A stretch of 64,000 nucleotides of DNA from Terriglobales bacterium. GTDB lineage: Bacteria; Acidobacteriota; Terriglobia; Terriglobales; Acidobacteriaceae. Shown in pieces: positions 63,527-64,000 of this stretch (positions are counted from its first letter, which is position 1; each line of letters starts with the position of its first letter). The notes beneath the pieces were generated by a model. The model saw only the letters and a list, made by a program, of their open reading frames with translations. It did not search any database and was not told the DNA's origin. The position numbers were made by a program, and so were the translations under genes. The DNA lies in NCBI GenBank assembly GCA_035493765.1, contig DATJHT010000141.1, positions 1,249 to 65,248 on the forward strand, read 5' to 3'.

Positions 63527-64000
63527 CTCGAATCCCCCAGCGCGGCGGATTGAGCCAGCCCGCAAACATTCTTGCCCAGCTCAAGAGTTGCGGCATCATC
63601 TTCGGCAGGTGCAGCCAGTCCTGTATTGACGCGCTTGATCTCAACATACTGGGGCATGAATTTCGGCAAGCTGCCCAATAAATATTCGATGAAACCGGCA
63701 TCGCTCTCGCGCTGCAAGATCGCCAGCGATTCATTCTTCTGCTTTAGGTCGGAAAGCGTCGCCTGGAACTGACCCGAACTGTCGCCTTCCTCAAGGGTGC
63801 TGAAGTGGCCTGGTAATACGGTCATTGAGCCGGGCAACTCCAGCAGCTTGCGCAGTGAATGAGTATGCAACGGCGCCCAGGCTTCAGCCTTGCCGCCAAG
63901 ATCAGGGCGAGCGATAGAACGAATAAAAATGCTGTCGCCGGTCAGAACATATTGATCATCCAGGATCAGGCCGATTAAACCCAGAGTGTGACCAGGAAGG
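63523..64000 (-). CDS. MBL-fold metallo-hydrolase (3' part; continues beyond window)
   Basis: My minus-strand translation from the window edge reads PGHTLGLIGLILDDQYVLTGDSIFIRSIARPDLGGKAEAWAPLHTHSLRKLLELPGSMTVLPGH..., with typical MBL His motifs. The Met start given in the ORF track is artificial. Confidence 0.8.
   Translation of the reverse strand, partial: LPGHTLGLIGLILDDQYVLTGDSIFIRSIARPDLGGKAEAWAPLHTHSLRKLLELPGSMTVLPGHFSTLEEGDSSGQFQATLSDLKQKNESLAILQRESDAGFIEYLLGSLPKFMPQYVEIKRVNTGLAAPAEDDAATLELGKNVCGLAQSAALGDSR

Noticed and set aside
1-64000. Searched for CRISPR arrays, rRNA, IS elements, transposases, integrases, reverse transcriptases and toxin-antitoxin pairs.
   Set aside because: I saw no regularly spaced repeats of 24-40 bp, no rRNA-like sequence, and no ORF with DDE, tyrosine- or serine-recombinase, or RT motifs.

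Overview
This 64-kb chromosomal window comes from a moderately GC-rich Gram-negative bacterium. The gene content and protein style suggest Acidobacteriota, but I could not verify that. About 60 protein genes and one tRNA are supported.

Layout:
- 1-3.4 kb: rpsO-pnp, plus a cupin gene.
- 3.58 kb: a selenocysteine tRNA (selC).
- 4.1-6.2 kb: two convergent paralogous HAF-like repeat exoproteins, flanked by long non-coding DNA.
- 6.8-36 kb: mixed housekeeping and envelope genes. These are tag, a PFK with a PPi-type signature, ruvC, a Memo-like gene, rsmA, glgA, dinB, a CoA-transferase, an ECF sigma module with a di-haem CCP-like protein, two PLC/AcpA-type phosphoesterases, cpoB, rfbD, a peroxiredoxin, pruA, an acyl-CoA dehydrogenase, an RNB RNase and a SpoU-type methyltransferase.
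- 37.1-39.3 kb: a Zn-metallopeptidase / Ddl-like ATP-grasp pair.
- 39.3-45 kb: a GGDEF gene and a block of regulators. The block holds an OmpR-type response regulator, a sigma-54 activator lacking a DNA-binding domain, a soluble histidine kinase, and a canonical NtrC-type regulator.
- 45-54.8 kb: the regulator block is fused to a flagellar core operon, flgBC-fliEFGHIJK-flgDE.
- 54.9-56.1 kb: ddl.
- 56.1-61.3 kb: an accessory island.
- 61.3-64 kb: a sulfur-relay cluster of cysteine desulfurase-like, DsrE-like, TusA and MBL genes.

My best candidate for an undescribed system is the 56.1-61.3 kb island. It has an XRE/S24 (LexA/CI-like) repressor facing a near-consensus promoter. That promoter drives a small-protein, Zn-ribbon and sigma-region-4-like operon with an internal terminator. 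A dual-specificity phosphatase, a secreted tail-fibre/beta-helix protein and a small membrane-anchored protein follow. There are no integrase or virion genes.

Runner-up candidates are the peptidase/ATP-grasp pair, the dual-activator flagellar regulatory module, the HAF-repeat pair next to selC, and the RGG tail on PNPase.

I saw no CRISPR array, rRNA, transposase or integrase. All homology statements come from my reading of the translated motifs, not from database searches.
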